A stretch of 64,000 bases of DNA from contig NZ_JBOHKS010000053.1 in the NCBI RefSeq assembly GCF_050729195.1, positions 6,128-70,127 of the forward strand, given 5' to 3'. The DNA is from Hypericibacter sp. Its GTDB lineage: Bacteria; Pseudomonadota; Alphaproteobacteria; Dongiales; Dongiaceae. The notes beneath the pieces are model-generated. The model was given only the letters and a program-made list of their open reading frames with translations. It did no database searches and was not told the DNA's origin. A program made the translations under genes and the position numbers. Within the stretch, counting starts at the first letter, position 1, and the number at the start of each line of letters is the position of its first letter. This document shows positions 10,291 to 19,520 of this stretch, piece by piece.

Positions 10291-11565
10291 ATGACCGATG
10301 CCGATGCCGCGCGCCGAATCCTCAAGGCCGTCGAGGACGGTTTCGACGACCAGATCGCCTTCACCGCGGACCTGACACGGCAGCCCTCCCTGCGGGGCCA
10401 GGAAGCCGCCGCCCAGGACATGATGGCGCGGGCGCTCCGGGACCGGGGCCTGGGGGTCGATCGCTGGCTGATCGACGTGGATTCGATCCGCAACCTGCCC
10501 GGCTTCTCGCCGGTCATGGTCTCCTATGAGAATGCCTGGAACGTGGTCGGCGCCTGGCGCCCGCAAGGGGCCCGCGGCCGCTCGCTGATCTTGAACGGCC
10601 ATATCGACGTGGTGCCGACGGGCCCGGCCGATATGTGGGCAAGCCCGCCCTTCGAGCCGCGCATCGCCGACGGCTGGCTCTATGGCCGCGGCGGCGGCGA
10701 CATGAAGGCGGGGCTGGTGGCGGGGATGTATGCCTTCGACGCGGTGCGCCGCGCCGGCTATGCCCCTCAGGGCGACATCTATGTCCAGTCGGTGGTCGAG
10801 GAGGAATGCACCGGCAACGGCGCCCTCGCCTGCCTGCAGCGCGGCTACAAGGCCGATGCCGCGATCATTCCCGAGCCCAGCCAATGCAAGCTGGGCGCGG
10901 CGCAAGTCGGCGTGATGTGGTTCCAGGTGCATGTGCAGGGAAGGCCCGTCCATGTGGCGCGGGCCGGCAGCGGCTCCAACGCGATCGAGGCCTGCTTCCC
11001 GATCATCCGCGCGCTGCATGAGCTCGAGGAGGATTGGAACAAGCGCGGCCATCCCGCCTTCGCCGAGCATAAGCACCCGATCAATTTCGTCGTCAGCAAG
11101 ATCAAGGGCGGCGACTGGACCTCGAGCGTGCCGGCCTGGTGCGTGTTCGACATGCGCGTCGGGCTCTTCCCCGGCATGGATCTGGCACAATGCCGGCGCG
11201 AGATCGAGGAGACGGTCGCCAGGGCCGCGCGCGGCGATTCCTTCCTCGCCAACAGCCCGCCCAAGATCGTCTATCACGGCTTCCAGGCCGAGGGTTATGT
11301 GCTGGAAGGGGGTGCGGAACCCCAGGCGCTGCTCGAGCGCTGCCATGAAAGCGTCTTCGGCCAGAAGCTCGACCGCATGGCCTTCACCGGCACCACCGAT
11401 GCGCGCTTCTTCGGCCTCTATGCCGACACGCCGGCGATGGTCTATGGCCCGGAGTCCGAGGACATCCACGGTTTCGACGAACGGGTGAACATCGAGTCCA
11501 TCCGCCGCGTGACGCAATCGATCGCGCTCTTCATCGCCGACTGGTGCGGGGTGAAGGCGGCATAA
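10291..11565 (+). CDS. ArgE/DapE-family (M20) deacylase
   Basis: LILNGHIDVVP, YGRGGGDMKAG, VVEEECTGNG, IPEP, GTTDARFF, HGFDE; true start MTDADAARRI within long ORF 9415..11565. Confidence 0.9.
   Translation: MTDADAARRILKAVEDGFDDQIAFTADLTRQPSLRGQEAAAQDMMARALRDRGLGVDRWLIDVDSIRNLPGFSPVMVSYENAWNVVGAWRPQGARGRSLILNGHIDVVPTGPADMWASPPFEPRIADGWLYGRGGGDMKAGLVAGMYAFDAVRRAGYAPQGDIYVQSVVEEECTGNGALACLQRGYKADAAIIPEPSQCKLGAAQVGVMWFQVHVQGRPVHVARAGSGSNAIEACFPIIRALHELEEDWNKRGHPAFAEHKHPINFVVSKIKGGDWTSSVPAWCVFDMRVGLFPGMDLAQCRREIEETVARAARGDSFLANSPPKIVYHGFQAEGYVLEGGAEPQALLERCHESVFGQKLDRMAFTGTTDARFFGLYADTPAMVYGPESEDIHGFDERVNIESIRRVTQSIALFIADWCGVKAA
11494..11565 (+). repeat. Direct repeat copy 1 (last 24 codons of the ArgE/DapE gene)
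   Basis: 59/72 nt identical to 12984-13055 (hand alignment, no gaps). Confidence 0.9.
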
Positions 11566-11585
11566 TCGTCTCAAGGGAACCGGCG

Positions 11586-12467
11586 CTAGAGACGCGAGAC
11601 CGCCAGGCTTTCCATCACATAGGTCGCATAGTGGAAGTCGCGGATTGCCGCGATCCGTCCGTTCGTCCAATCGAGCAGCACGACATAGCGGATGCTGTCC
11701 TCCTGATCGGCCGGATCATTGACCAGGAGCGCCAGACGGCCTTCCGCCGAGCCAACGGAGACCCGCCAATTGGAGATCTCGCTATAGCGGGTGAAATAGA
11801 CCGAGACGTCTTTTCGACCCGCCAGGCGCGTCCGGTTCACCAGATCGAGCCGCACGTCTTCGGCCAGCAGATTGCGCAGGGCGTCGAAGTCGCGCGCATT
11901 GAATCGATCGGCATAGTGGCGCAACCGCTCGCGTTCCGCCGCGCTCGGAGTCGGTGCCGGATCGTCAGGGGCGTTGGCAATTTCCTGCAGGCGCGTACGG
12001 GCCCGGTGCAGCGCTGCCTTTACGGCGGGAAGAGTGAGATCGAGGATTTCCGCCGTTTCGGCCAAGGAATGGCCCAAAACATCCATCAGCACCACACATG
12101 ATCGCTGGGCGACGGGCAGCCGCATGAGCGTGGCCAGGCTGGCGGCGGCCGCCACCCGCACATCGGCGACGGCGCTGGCATCTGCCATATCGGCCATGTC
12201 GATATCGGATCGAACCAGAGCCTGGCGGTTACGGCGACGCAAAGCGTCGAGCGCGGTGTTGTGGGCAATGCGAAACAACCAACTTTCCGGCCGTTCGATC
12301 CGACCAGCAGCGGGATAGGCCTCGATTGCCTTCGCTAAGGCTTCCTGGACCACGTCTTCGCCATCAAAGGCCGAACCGACCATGCGCGCGCAATAGCGAT
12401 GCAGGCGCGGACGTAGTTCTGCGACCAACCGACCTAAGGCCTCCCGTTCCAGACTCTCCCCCGCCAT
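11586..12467 (-). CDS. ECF sigma-70 factor with C-terminal SnoaL/NTF2-like extension
   Basis: Sigma2 (EDVVQEAL...WLFRIAHNTALDALRRR), sigma4 (LMDVLGHSLAETAEIL...VKAALHRARTRL) and extension (YADRFNARDFDALRNLLAEDVRL). Confidence 0.88.
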   Translation of the reverse strand: MAGESLEREALGRLVAELRPRLHRYCARMVGSAFDGEDVVQEALAKAIEAYPAAGRIERPESWLFRIAHNTALDALRRRNRQALVRSDIDMADMADASAVADVRVAAAASLATLMRLPVAQRSCVVLMDVLGHSLAETAEILDLTLPAVKAALHRARTRLQEIANAPDDPAPTPSAAERERLRHYADRFNARDFDALRNLLAEDVRLDLVNRTRLAGRKDVSVYFTRYSEISNWRVSVGSAEGRLALLVNDPADQEDSIRYVVLLDWTNGRIAAIRDFHYATYVMESLAVSRL

Positions 12468-12649
12468 GCCCGCTCCTTTTCGATCAGCCGCCCCCAAAAA
12501 ACGGACGCCTCGCTCTTAGAGACGCCGGCTGCTGGGCAAAGGATTCGGTGCACGGAAAAAAATTCTAGGGGGAATCCTTTTGGCCTAGCCGGTCGTCCTT
12601 GGATTTAACGGCGTGCGTCCCGTGCGTCGTCTGACCAAAGGACCAGACC

Positions 12650-12973
12650 ATGCAGAGATTGACATTGGTTCGCTATACGACCAAGCCCGACCAGACCGCC
12701 GAGAACGAGAGATTGGCCCGGGCGGTATTCGCCGAGCTCCGAGCCAAGGCGCCGGACCACGTTGCCTATGCCCTCTTCAGAAACGGGGACGAATTCGTCC
12801 ATCTGTTCGTCAACGCCGAGGCGGACGATTCCAGCGCGGTGACTGACCTTCCCAGCTTCAAAGCCTACGCGAAGGACATCACAGCACGGAGCGAAGCACC
12901 GCCGGAACCCATGCGGCTCAGCTTTCGGCTGCTGGAATCCTATGGGCTAACGCGGACCATGGCACCTGCCTGA
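12650..12973 (+). CDS. Small hypothetical protein, dimeric alpha-beta barrel/ABM-like
   Basis: 107 aa ORF with AGGA RBS; VRYTTKPDQTAENERLARAVFAEL...FVHL...LPSFKAY pattern resembles ABM-like barrels; divergent from ECF gene. Confidence 0.65.
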   Translation: MQRLTLVRYTTKPDQTAENERLARAVFAELRAKAPDHVAYALFRNGDEFVHLFVNAEADDSSAVTDLPSFKAYAKDITARSEAPPEPMRLSFRLLESYGLTRTMAPA

Positions 12974-12983
12974 GGAGCGATCG

Positions 12984-13055
12984 GAGTCTATCGGGCACGT
13001 AACGCAATCGATCGCCCTTTTCATCGCCGACTGGCGCGGAGTGAAAGCAGCCTGA
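12984..13055 (+). pseudogene. Orphan duplicate of the ArgE/DapE gene 3' end (direct repeat copy 2)
   Basis: Translates ESIGHVTQSIALFIADWRGVKAA* versus ESIRRVTQSIALFIADWCGVKAA* in the intact gene; no start codon or upstream homology. Confidence 0.85.
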
Positions 13056-13064
13056 AACGGCGCG

Positions 13065-13502
13065 TCAGGTGAGGGCCAGCTCGCGGCGCAATCGTAAGGC
13101 CGTTTCGGCCAGGGTCGCGTCGGGGACGCGCGGCGTCGCGCGGAAGGTGAGCTTCTCCTCGACGATATAGCGCCGCGAGGTGATGTCGGTCGGCATGTGC
13201 ATCGGCACGAGATGCGCATGGGCATGCGGCACGTCGCCCCCGGTGAAGCAGAAGGCGACCCGGCGCACGCCATAGAGCCGCTTCAGCACGACAGCGAGGC
13301 GCTGGCCCAGATGCAGGATGCGCGAGGCCAGCTCGGGCGGCAGCTCGTCGAAATAGGCGTGATGAACGCGCGGCACGATTTGCGCATGCCCGTCGCGGAT
13401 CGGATTGATATCGAGAAAGGCGACGATCGCCTCATCCTCATGGAGGATGTGACCGGGCACCGTGCCCGCGGCGATCTTGCAGAAGAGACAATCGGTCGTC
13501 AT
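13065..13502 (-). CDS. HIT-family nucleotide hydrolase
   Basis: DCLFCKI N-terminus, FLDINP...GH, histidine triad HAHAHLV. Confidence 0.92.
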   Translation of the reverse strand: MTTDCLFCKIAAGTVPGHILHEDEAIVAFLDINPIRDGHAQIVPRVHHAYFDELPPELASRILHLGQRLAVVLKRLYGVRRVAFCFTGGDVPHAHAHLVPMHMPTDITSRRYIVEEKLTFRATPRVPDATLAETALRLRRELALT

Positions 13503-13576
13503 GCGCGCCTCGATGGATGGAATGGCTCCCCCTTCAATAGCGGCAAAGACACCCATCGAGAAAGACAACCGAAAGG

Positions 13577-14104
13577 CTAGATCGCCCCGAACTCGAACCG
13601 GCAGTGATCATGGCCGCCCTGGGCGGCGCATTGGGATTCGCGGCAGCGGATCTCGACGCTGTTCCGGCCGTCTTCGAGCAGGAAGCGGAAGGCGCCGGTC
13701 ATGAAGCCTTCGAACATGTAGCAGACGGGCGCGTCGGCGCCGACGGGGCGTTCCAGCACGAAGACCGAGTTCCGCAGGCTGATGCTGCCGCGACGCCGGC
13801 CGATATCGAGCTCGTCGACCGAGAACTGACCCCAGCCGCGCTGCGACAGCCGCTTGAAGTAATGGCGGAAGGTGGCTTCGGGCGCCAGGCCATGGGTTCG
13901 CGCCTCGGCCTGGCACCAATGGATCGCCGACTTCGCCGTCGCGGCGCGCAGGATCTCGCGATAGGCCTCGAGCCCCAACGCCTCTTCCACCGCGCGGTGA
14001 TTGTTCACCAGGAAATGGCGCGGCAGATAGACCATCGGCAGACCGTCGGTCCGCCAGATGCCCGTCTCGGCGTCGACGTCGATCGGAACTTCGGGCTGGG
14101 CCAT
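13577..14104 (-). CDS. V4R (4-vinyl reductase)/DUF5943-like protein
   Basis: PEVPIDVD.ETGIW.TDGLPMVYLPRHFLVNNH N-terminus; RGWG, CYMFEG, C-terminal CRESQC...HDHCRF. Confidence 0.75.
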   Translation of the reverse strand: MAQPEVPIDVDAETGIWRTDGLPMVYLPRHFLVNNHRAVEEALGLEAYREILRAATAKSAIHWCQAEARTHGLAPEATFRHYFKRLSQRGWGQFSVDELDIGRRRGSISLRNSVFVLERPVGADAPVCYMFEGFMTGAFRFLLEDGRNSVEIRCRESQCAAQGGHDHCRFEFGAI

Positions 14105-14119
14105 CGCCGGCCTCGACGG

Positions 14120-15391
14120 CTAGGCGGCCCGTTCCTGTGCCTTCGCCTGAGCGATGTTCTTGTAGAGCGCGCCGTCCTTCATGATGACGAGGAAGCTCTC
14201 CTCCGGCACCATCATGGCGAGATCCTTCAGCGGGTCGCCATTGACCAGCAGCAGGTCGGCGATGAAGCCGTCTTTCACCAGCCCCAGCTCATGGCCCATG
14301 CCCATGACCTGGCCGCCGATGCGGGTGCCGCATTGCAGCGCTTCGCTTGGCGTATAGCCCAGGAGATCGACGAAATGCTTCAGGTCGCGGGCGTTGGTGC
14401 CCTGCGGCGACTGGGCGAAGCCGTAATCGCCGCCGATGAGGGCGCGCACCCCGCGTTTGCGCAGCTCGGTATAGACCTTGCAGCTGTCGTCGATGACGCG
14501 CTGCATGCCGATATGGATCGCCATCTCGCGGGTGAAGCCCCAGGGCTCGCCCTCATAGAGCGTGCCATAGATGATGCCGATGGCCGGACCGACGAAGATC
14601 TTGTCCTTCACCGACTCCAGCATGTCGAGCGCTTCCTCGTCGGCGGATTCGCAGTGATAGATCACGTCGATGCCGCATTTCACCGCGCGCTTGACCGAGG
14701 CCGCGGCGCGTGCATGACAGTTGATCTTCTTGCCGAAATCCCGCGCGACCTCGACGGCCGTCCGTACCTCGATCTCGCGCATCACGGTCACGCCGCCATG
14801 GGCCTTCGGGCCCAGATCGTCGCCCGAGATGTTGACCTTGATGTTGTCGACGCCCTCGCGGCAGCAGAGCCGCACGGCGCGCGCGATCTCGTCGGGGCCG
14901 TCGGCGATCATGCCAAAGCTCTCGTAATACATATGCTGCTTGCGCTCGTCGCCGAGCCCGGCGGTCACGGTGATCTCGGGGCTGCAGGCCTTGATGCGCG
15001 GACCCGGCAAGCGACCAGCCTCGATCTCGTTGCGGATGACGACATCGAGGCGGAGCTTCGAGCTCGCGGCGCTGTAGGCGCTGGTGAAACCGTGATCCAG
15101 CAGCGTCTTGGCGTTGCGCATCGTCAGCAACACATGCTCTTCCGGCGGGATGTTGCCGAGATCGGAATCGTTGACGGCACCGCCGAAGGAGATATGCGCA
15201 TGGCCTTCGACCAGGCCCGGCATCAGGGTCAGGCCGCGGCAGTCGATCACCGTGGCGCCGTCCGCCGAGAGCTGGCCGACATGGCGCGCCACGGTTTTGA
15301 TCCGGTTGCCCTCGACCAGCACATCGGCCGGAAAGGAAGGGGCACCCGTGCCGTCCCAGACCATGGCATTGCGGAAGAAGACGCGGTTCAT
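14120..15391 (-). CDS. Metal-dependent amidohydrolase (prolidase-like subgroup)
   Basis: LMPGLVEGHAH (HxH), IKV, NCHA, IYHCE, GGDYGF, GFIADLLLVNGDP; start moved to MNRVFFRNA with GGAG RBS. Confidence 0.88.
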   Translation of the reverse strand: MNRVFFRNAMVWDGTGAPSFPADVLVEGNRIKTVARHVGQLSADGATVIDCRGLTLMPGLVEGHAHISFGGAVNDSDLGNIPPEEHVLLTMRNAKTLLDHGFTSAYSAASSKLRLDVVIRNEIEAGRLPGPRIKACSPEITVTAGLGDERKQHMYYESFGMIADGPDEIARAVRLCCREGVDNIKVNISGDDLGPKAHGGVTVMREIEVRTAVEVARDFGKKINCHARAAASVKRAVKCGIDVIYHCESADEEALDMLESVKDKIFVGPAIGIIYGTLYEGEPWGFTREMAIHIGMQRVIDDSCKVYTELRKRGVRALIGGDYGFAQSPQGTNARDLKHFVDLLGYTPSEALQCGTRIGGQVMGMGHELGLVKDGFIADLLLVNGDPLKDLAMMVPEESFLVIMKDGALYKNIAQAKAQERAA

Positions 15392-15437
15392 GGGTGTTCT
15401 CCTGTCCTGCTCTCGAGAGACGTTGCTCTCCGTTGTC

Positions 15438-16334
15438 TCAGACGTTCGCCAGGGCCTTGCGGGCCGAAGCGGCGCCGATCTCGTCGGCCACGGGATTGCG
15501 CAAGATCCCGATGCCTTCGATCTCCACCTCGCAGACGTCGCCATGCTTCATGAACAGCGGCGGCTTGCGCGCCATGCCGACGCCGGACGGCGTGCCCGAG
15601 ACGATGATATCACCGGGCCACAGCGTGATCGCCTCGCTCAGGATGGAAATCAGCGCGGCCACGTCGAAGATCATGTCGTCGGTCGAGGCATCCTGGACAG
15701 TCTGGCCGTTGAGCCGGGTCTGGATATGCAGCCCCTTCCCGCCCGCCGGCAACTCGTCCGCGGTCACCATGAAGGGCCCGAAGGGGCCGGTATCGTCGAA
15801 ATTCTTGCCGATCGTCCATTGCGGCGACTTGGTCTGGAAATCGCGGATCGAGGCGTCGTTGAAGACCGAATAGCCGACGACATGGTCGAGCGCCTGGCTG
15901 CGGTCGATATGGCGCCCGGCCTTGCCGATGACGGCGACCATCTCGCCCTCGTAATCGAGTCGCACCGAGGCCGCCGGACGCCGGATCGGCGCGCCATGGC
16001 CGATCATGCTGGAGGAGAAGCGGACGAAGATCGTCGGGTAAGTCGGCGGCACGAAGCCGCTCTCGAGCGAATGGTCGACATAGTTGAGGCCGACGCAGAT
16101 GATCTTGCCGGGCGCGGGCAAGGGCGGCAGCCATTCGATGGCGGCGGGATCGATCGCCGGGGCCTTGGCGAGCCGCTCGCCCGCCGCGCGGAGTGCCGCG
16201 GGACCTTCGGCAATCAGCCAGCTCAGAGGGCCCGGAAAGCCAGGCTCGCCATCCAGGAGACCCTGCAGCGCGCCGCTGGCCGATCCGAGGGCCAAGCCGA
16301 GCTTTTTCCCTGACCGATAGGTCGCAAACCGCAC
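15438..16334 (-). CDS. Fumarylacetoacetate (FAA) hydrolase family protein
   Basis: KIICVGLNYVDH, LDYEGE, FNDASIRD, GKNFD, GDIIVSGTPSGVG. Confidence 0.92.
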   Translation of the reverse strand: MRFATYRSGKKLGLALGSASGALQGLLDGEPGFPGPLSWLIAEGPAALRAAGERLAKAPAIDPAAIEWLPPLPAPGKIICVGLNYVDHSLESGFVPPTYPTIFVRFSSSMIGHGAPIRRPAASVRLDYEGEMVAVIGKAGRHIDRSQALDHVVGYSVFNDASIRDFQTKSPQWTIGKNFDDTGPFGPFMVTADELPAGGKGLHIQTRLNGQTVQDASTDDMIFDVAALISILSEAITLWPGDIIVSGTPSGVGMARKPPLFMKHGDVCEVEIEGIGILRNPVADEIGAASARKALANV

Positions 16335-16397
16335 GTTTCGTCTCCCCGAATGACCTCAACCGGCCGGTGTCAGGACCTTGCCGCGAGCTTATATATC

Positions 16398-16453
16398 TGT
16401 CAACGGATAATATATTTTATGACAGTCGCGCCCCATGACAGAGATAATATATT
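16398..16453. promoter_or_regulatory. Divergent promoter region with TTGACA (-35, minus strand) and two GATAATATATT boxes
   Basis: TGTCAA at 16398-16403; GATAATATATT at 16406-16416 and 16443-16453; same elements recur at 22384-22439. Confidence 0.65.
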
Positions 16454-16495
16454 GCTCTATTGTTCCTGGTCGCTCGTCACCTCTGAGGCACCGCA

Positions 16496-17191
16496 ATGGC
16501 CCGGGATCCCGCCGTGAATCTCACCCAAGGGGCCTATGAGCAGCTGCGCGCCGATCTCCTCGCCTGCCGCATCCTCCCGGGCAGCCGCCTCAAGATCCAG
16601 GAGCTCTGCACCCGCCTCTCGGTCAGTCTAGGCGCCATTCGCGAGGCGCTCTCCCGCCTGACCTCGGAGGGGCTGGTGCTGGCCGAGCCGCAGCGCGGGT
16701 TCCGCGCCGCGCCCATCTCGCAGGAAGACCTCCAGGACCTGACCCGGGTGCGCATCGAGATCGAAGGACTCTGCCTCCGGCGCGCGATCGAAGTTGGCGA
16801 TGTCGATTGGGAGGCGCGGCTGGTGGCGGCGTTCCATCGGCTCTCGCGCATGCCCGAACGGGCGGCTGCCGACCCTGCACGGACGAGCGACGAATGGGCC
16901 GAGGCTCATGCCGGCTTCCATATGGCGCTGGCCGACGGTTGCGACAGCCCCTGGCTCCTGAAGCTGCGCAGCCAGCTCTATGACCAGAGCGAGCGCTATC
17001 GCCGTCTCTCGGTCCCGCTGACGACCGAGAAACGCAACATCGGCGAGGAGCATCAGGGCATCGTCGACGCGGCCCTGGCGCGCGACGCCGACAAGGCGGT
17101 GGCCCTGCTCTCGGCCCATCTCAGCGCCACGACGCGGATCCTGCTGACGGCAAAGCTCGAGGTCGAACGCCAGCGCGAGATGGCCGAGTAA
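16496..17191 (+). CDS. GntR-family regulator (FCD domain), paralog 1
   Basis: ILPGSRLKI...VSLGAIREALSRLTSEGLV..EPQRGF wHTH; FCD His motif (FHMAL, EEHQGI). Confidence 0.92.
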   Translation: MARDPAVNLTQGAYEQLRADLLACRILPGSRLKIQELCTRLSVSLGAIREALSRLTSEGLVLAEPQRGFRAAPISQEDLQDLTRVRIEIEGLCLRRAIEVGDVDWEARLVAAFHRLSRMPERAAADPARTSDEWAEAHAGFHMALADGCDSPWLLKLRSQLYDQSERYRRLSVPLTTEKRNIGEEHQGIVDAALARDADKAVALLSAHLSATTRILLTAKLEVERQREMAE

Positions 17192-17200
17192 AGCCGCCCT

Positions 17201-18334
17201 TCAAAGCCCCATCCAGCTTCGCGCGATCTCGGTGTAGAGACCGACCGCTTCCTCGATCTTCGCGACCTCGCAATATTCGTTGGTCTTGTGCGCCATGGCG
17301 GTTTCGCCGGGGCCGAGGATGACGGCGGGCAGCTGGCTCATCGCGGGCACCAGCACCGAGGCATCGGTGAAGAAGGGCGCGCCGCGCGGATCGAGGCGCC
17401 GGCCGGTCACGCGCTCGCAAAGCTCGAAGACACTGGCGACCCAGGCGTCATGCGGGTTGCTGGCGATGGCGCCGACATCGACCATGCGCGCGATCTCGGC
17501 CTCTTCGCCCAGGAGGGTCTGAATCTCCTCCAAGATGGCCTCGTTCGATTGCCCAGGCACGGTACGGATATCGACTTGAACGCGCGCGTGATCGGGCACC
17601 GAGTTCACATTGAGGCCGCCATGCAGGGTGCCGACATTCAATGAGGGCCGGCCGAGCTGGTTATGGCCCGGCGACTTGAACTCATGCTTGGCGAGATGGA
17701 GCACGCCCTTGGCGGCCTTGTAGACCGCGTTGTCGCCGAGCTCCGGCATCGAGCCATGGGCGGTGACGCCGCGGAAGACCGCCTGCAGCCAGAGCGCGCC
17801 CTTATGGCCGATGAGCGGATCGTTGCCGGTGGGCTCGCCGACCACCAGCGCGCCGGCCTGCGGCAACACATTCTCCAGCCCCGCCAGGAACCGCGCGCCG
17901 TCGCAGCCGGTCTCCTCGCCGGCGGTGAAGACAAGCACGAGGCCGGCCTTTCGCCCAGGCAGCTTGGCCACTTCCATCGCCGCCACCGCCATCGCGGCCA
18001 CGCCGCTCTTCATGTCGCTGGAGCCGCGGCCATAGAGCCGGCCGCCATCGATCTCGGCCCCCAGCGGATCGCGATCCCAGGGCGCGCCACCCAGCGGCAC
18101 TGTGTCGAGATGGCCGGTGAAGCAGATCGGCTTGGCGTCGGCAGCACCATCGATGCGGGCGACGAGGCTGGTGCGGCCTTCCGCAAAACTGTAGGCCGCG
18201 ACCTCGAACCCCGCCGCCTCGAGACTCCGGGCCAGACGATCGGCGCAGGCCTGTTCGTCGCCCGGCGGATTGATCGAGCGCAGCCGGATGAGATCCTGAG
18301 TCAGCTGCAGGGCGGAATTATGATCGGGGGTCAT
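17201..18334 (-). CDS. M20-family metallopeptidase/deacylase (DapE/ArgE-like)
   Basis: FTGHLDTVP, YGRGSSDMKSG, AGEETG, VGEPT, FTDAS, AHKTNEY. Confidence 0.9.
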   Translation of the reverse strand: MTPDHNSALQLTQDLIRLRSINPPGDEQACADRLARSLEAAGFEVAAYSFAEGRTSLVARIDGAADAKPICFTGHLDTVPLGGAPWDRDPLGAEIDGGRLYGRGSSDMKSGVAAMAVAAMEVAKLPGRKAGLVLVFTAGEETGCDGARFLAGLENVLPQAGALVVGEPTGNDPLIGHKGALWLQAVFRGVTAHGSMPELGDNAVYKAAKGVLHLAKHEFKSPGHNQLGRPSLNVGTLHGGLNVNSVPDHARVQVDIRTVPGQSNEAILEEIQTLLGEEAEIARMVDVGAIASNPHDAWVASVFELCERVTGRRLDPRGAPFFTDASVLVPAMSQLPAVILGPGETAMAHKTNEYCEVAKIEEAVGLYTEIARSWMGL

Positions 18335-18394
18335 CGAGAAGCTCTTTCAAGACGATCGGAAGCCGGGGCTGACAAGCCTACCCCAAAAATGGAA

Positions 18395-18420
18395 ATGCCG
18401 CCGACTCCCGCCGGCGGCAT
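18395..18420 (-). terminator. Stem-loop between ABC binding protein and M20 gene
   Basis: ATGCCGCCG/CGGCGGCAT 9-bp stem followed on minus strand by TTCCATTTTT. Confidence 0.55.
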
Positions 18421-18438
18421 CTCCCTGGCTCGATCGGA

Positions 18439-19485
18439 TTACTGACGCAAGCCCGTCCAGATCTTGTCGTAAGCGCGGGTCGCCTTCTCCTCGCAGGCCG
18501 GGGCGAAGGTGATCTTGAGGTCGGCCGGCGGATTGAACTCCGGCGAGGTGCCGATCTCCGGCGGCAGGAACTTGTTCGATCCCACCACCGCCGTCTGATA
18601 GCCGGTCGATTTCGACTGCAGCGCGATGTTCTCCGGGTCCATCAGGAAGTTGAGGAACTTCTTGGCGTTCTCGAGATCGGGCGCATCCTTCGGCACGGCG
18701 ACATTGTCCATCCAGCCGACCACGCCTTCCTTCGGATAGACATATTTGAAGGTCGCCTTCTCGGTGCGGGTGGCGAGCGCCTTGCCCGACCATTGTTCAT
18801 GCATCACCGTCTCGCCCGAGACCTGGCGCTCCACGGTGCCGTCCGAGTTGTAGACCTTCACGAAGGGCTTCTGCGCCTGCAGCAGCGCGTTCAGGGCCTT
18901 GAGGTCTTCGGGGTTGGTGTTGCATTGCGGCTTCCCGAGATAGACCAGAGCCAGCGACATGACCTCGCTGGGCGAACCGAACATGCCGATCTTGCCCTTG
19001 AGATCGGCCGGCGGCTGGAACAGCGGCTTCAGGCTGTCGGTCGGGCCCTTATAGACGGCGGTATCGACGGAATAGGAGGTCGTGCCCCAGACCCACGGAA
19101 CCGAATATTGCGCATCCGGGTCCCAGGAGCGCTTCTGCCACTGCGGGTCCAGATTCTTGAAGTTCGCCATATGGGCAACGTCGACCTTCTGCAGCAGGCT
19201 CTGCTTCACGAAGATCGGGATGAAGTCGTTGCTGATGATGATGACGTCGTAGCCGGCCGCGCCAGAGCTCAGCTTGGCGAGCGCCGTCTCGTTCGAATCG
19301 TAAGTGTCGATGGTGACCTTGATGCCGGTCTCGTCCTCGAACTTCTTCACCATCTCCGGCGAGGTGTAATCGGTCCAGTTATAGATATGCAGCTCGCCGC
19401 CATCGGCCTTCGCCCATTGCGGTGCGCCTGCGATCACGCCTGCGGCCAGCAACACGCTGGCGACGCCCGTTTTCCAGTTCTTCAT
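18439..19485 (-). CDS. Polyamine-type (PotD/PotF-like) ABC substrate-binding protein
   Basis: Signal peptide; LHIYNWTDY, DTYDSNE, YSVPWVWGT, PKEGVVGWMDN. Confidence 0.9.
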   Translation of the reverse strand: MKNWKTGVASVLLAAGVIAGAPQWAKADGGELHIYNWTDYTSPEMVKKFEDETGIKVTIDTYDSNETALAKLSSGAAGYDVIIISNDFIPIFVKQSLLQKVDVAHMANFKNLDPQWQKRSWDPDAQYSVPWVWGTTSYSVDTAVYKGPTDSLKPLFQPPADLKGKIGMFGSPSEVMSLALVYLGKPQCNTNPEDLKALNALLQAQKPFVKVYNSDGTVERQVSGETVMHEQWSGKALATRTEKATFKYVYPKEGVVGWMDNVAVPKDAPDLENAKKFLNFLMDPENIALQSKSTGYQTAVVGSNKFLPPEIGTSPEFNPPADLKITFAPACEEKATRAYDKIWTGLRQ

Positions 19486-19520
19486 TGTCGTCCTCCCTTT
19501 CAGTTTTGGTCCTAGACCGG

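Noticed and set aside
11570-11590. CAAGGGA motif just past the stops of both the ECF gene and the transglutaminase gene (39608-39614)
   Set aside because: Only 7 bp with poor flanking similarity; compatible with chance.
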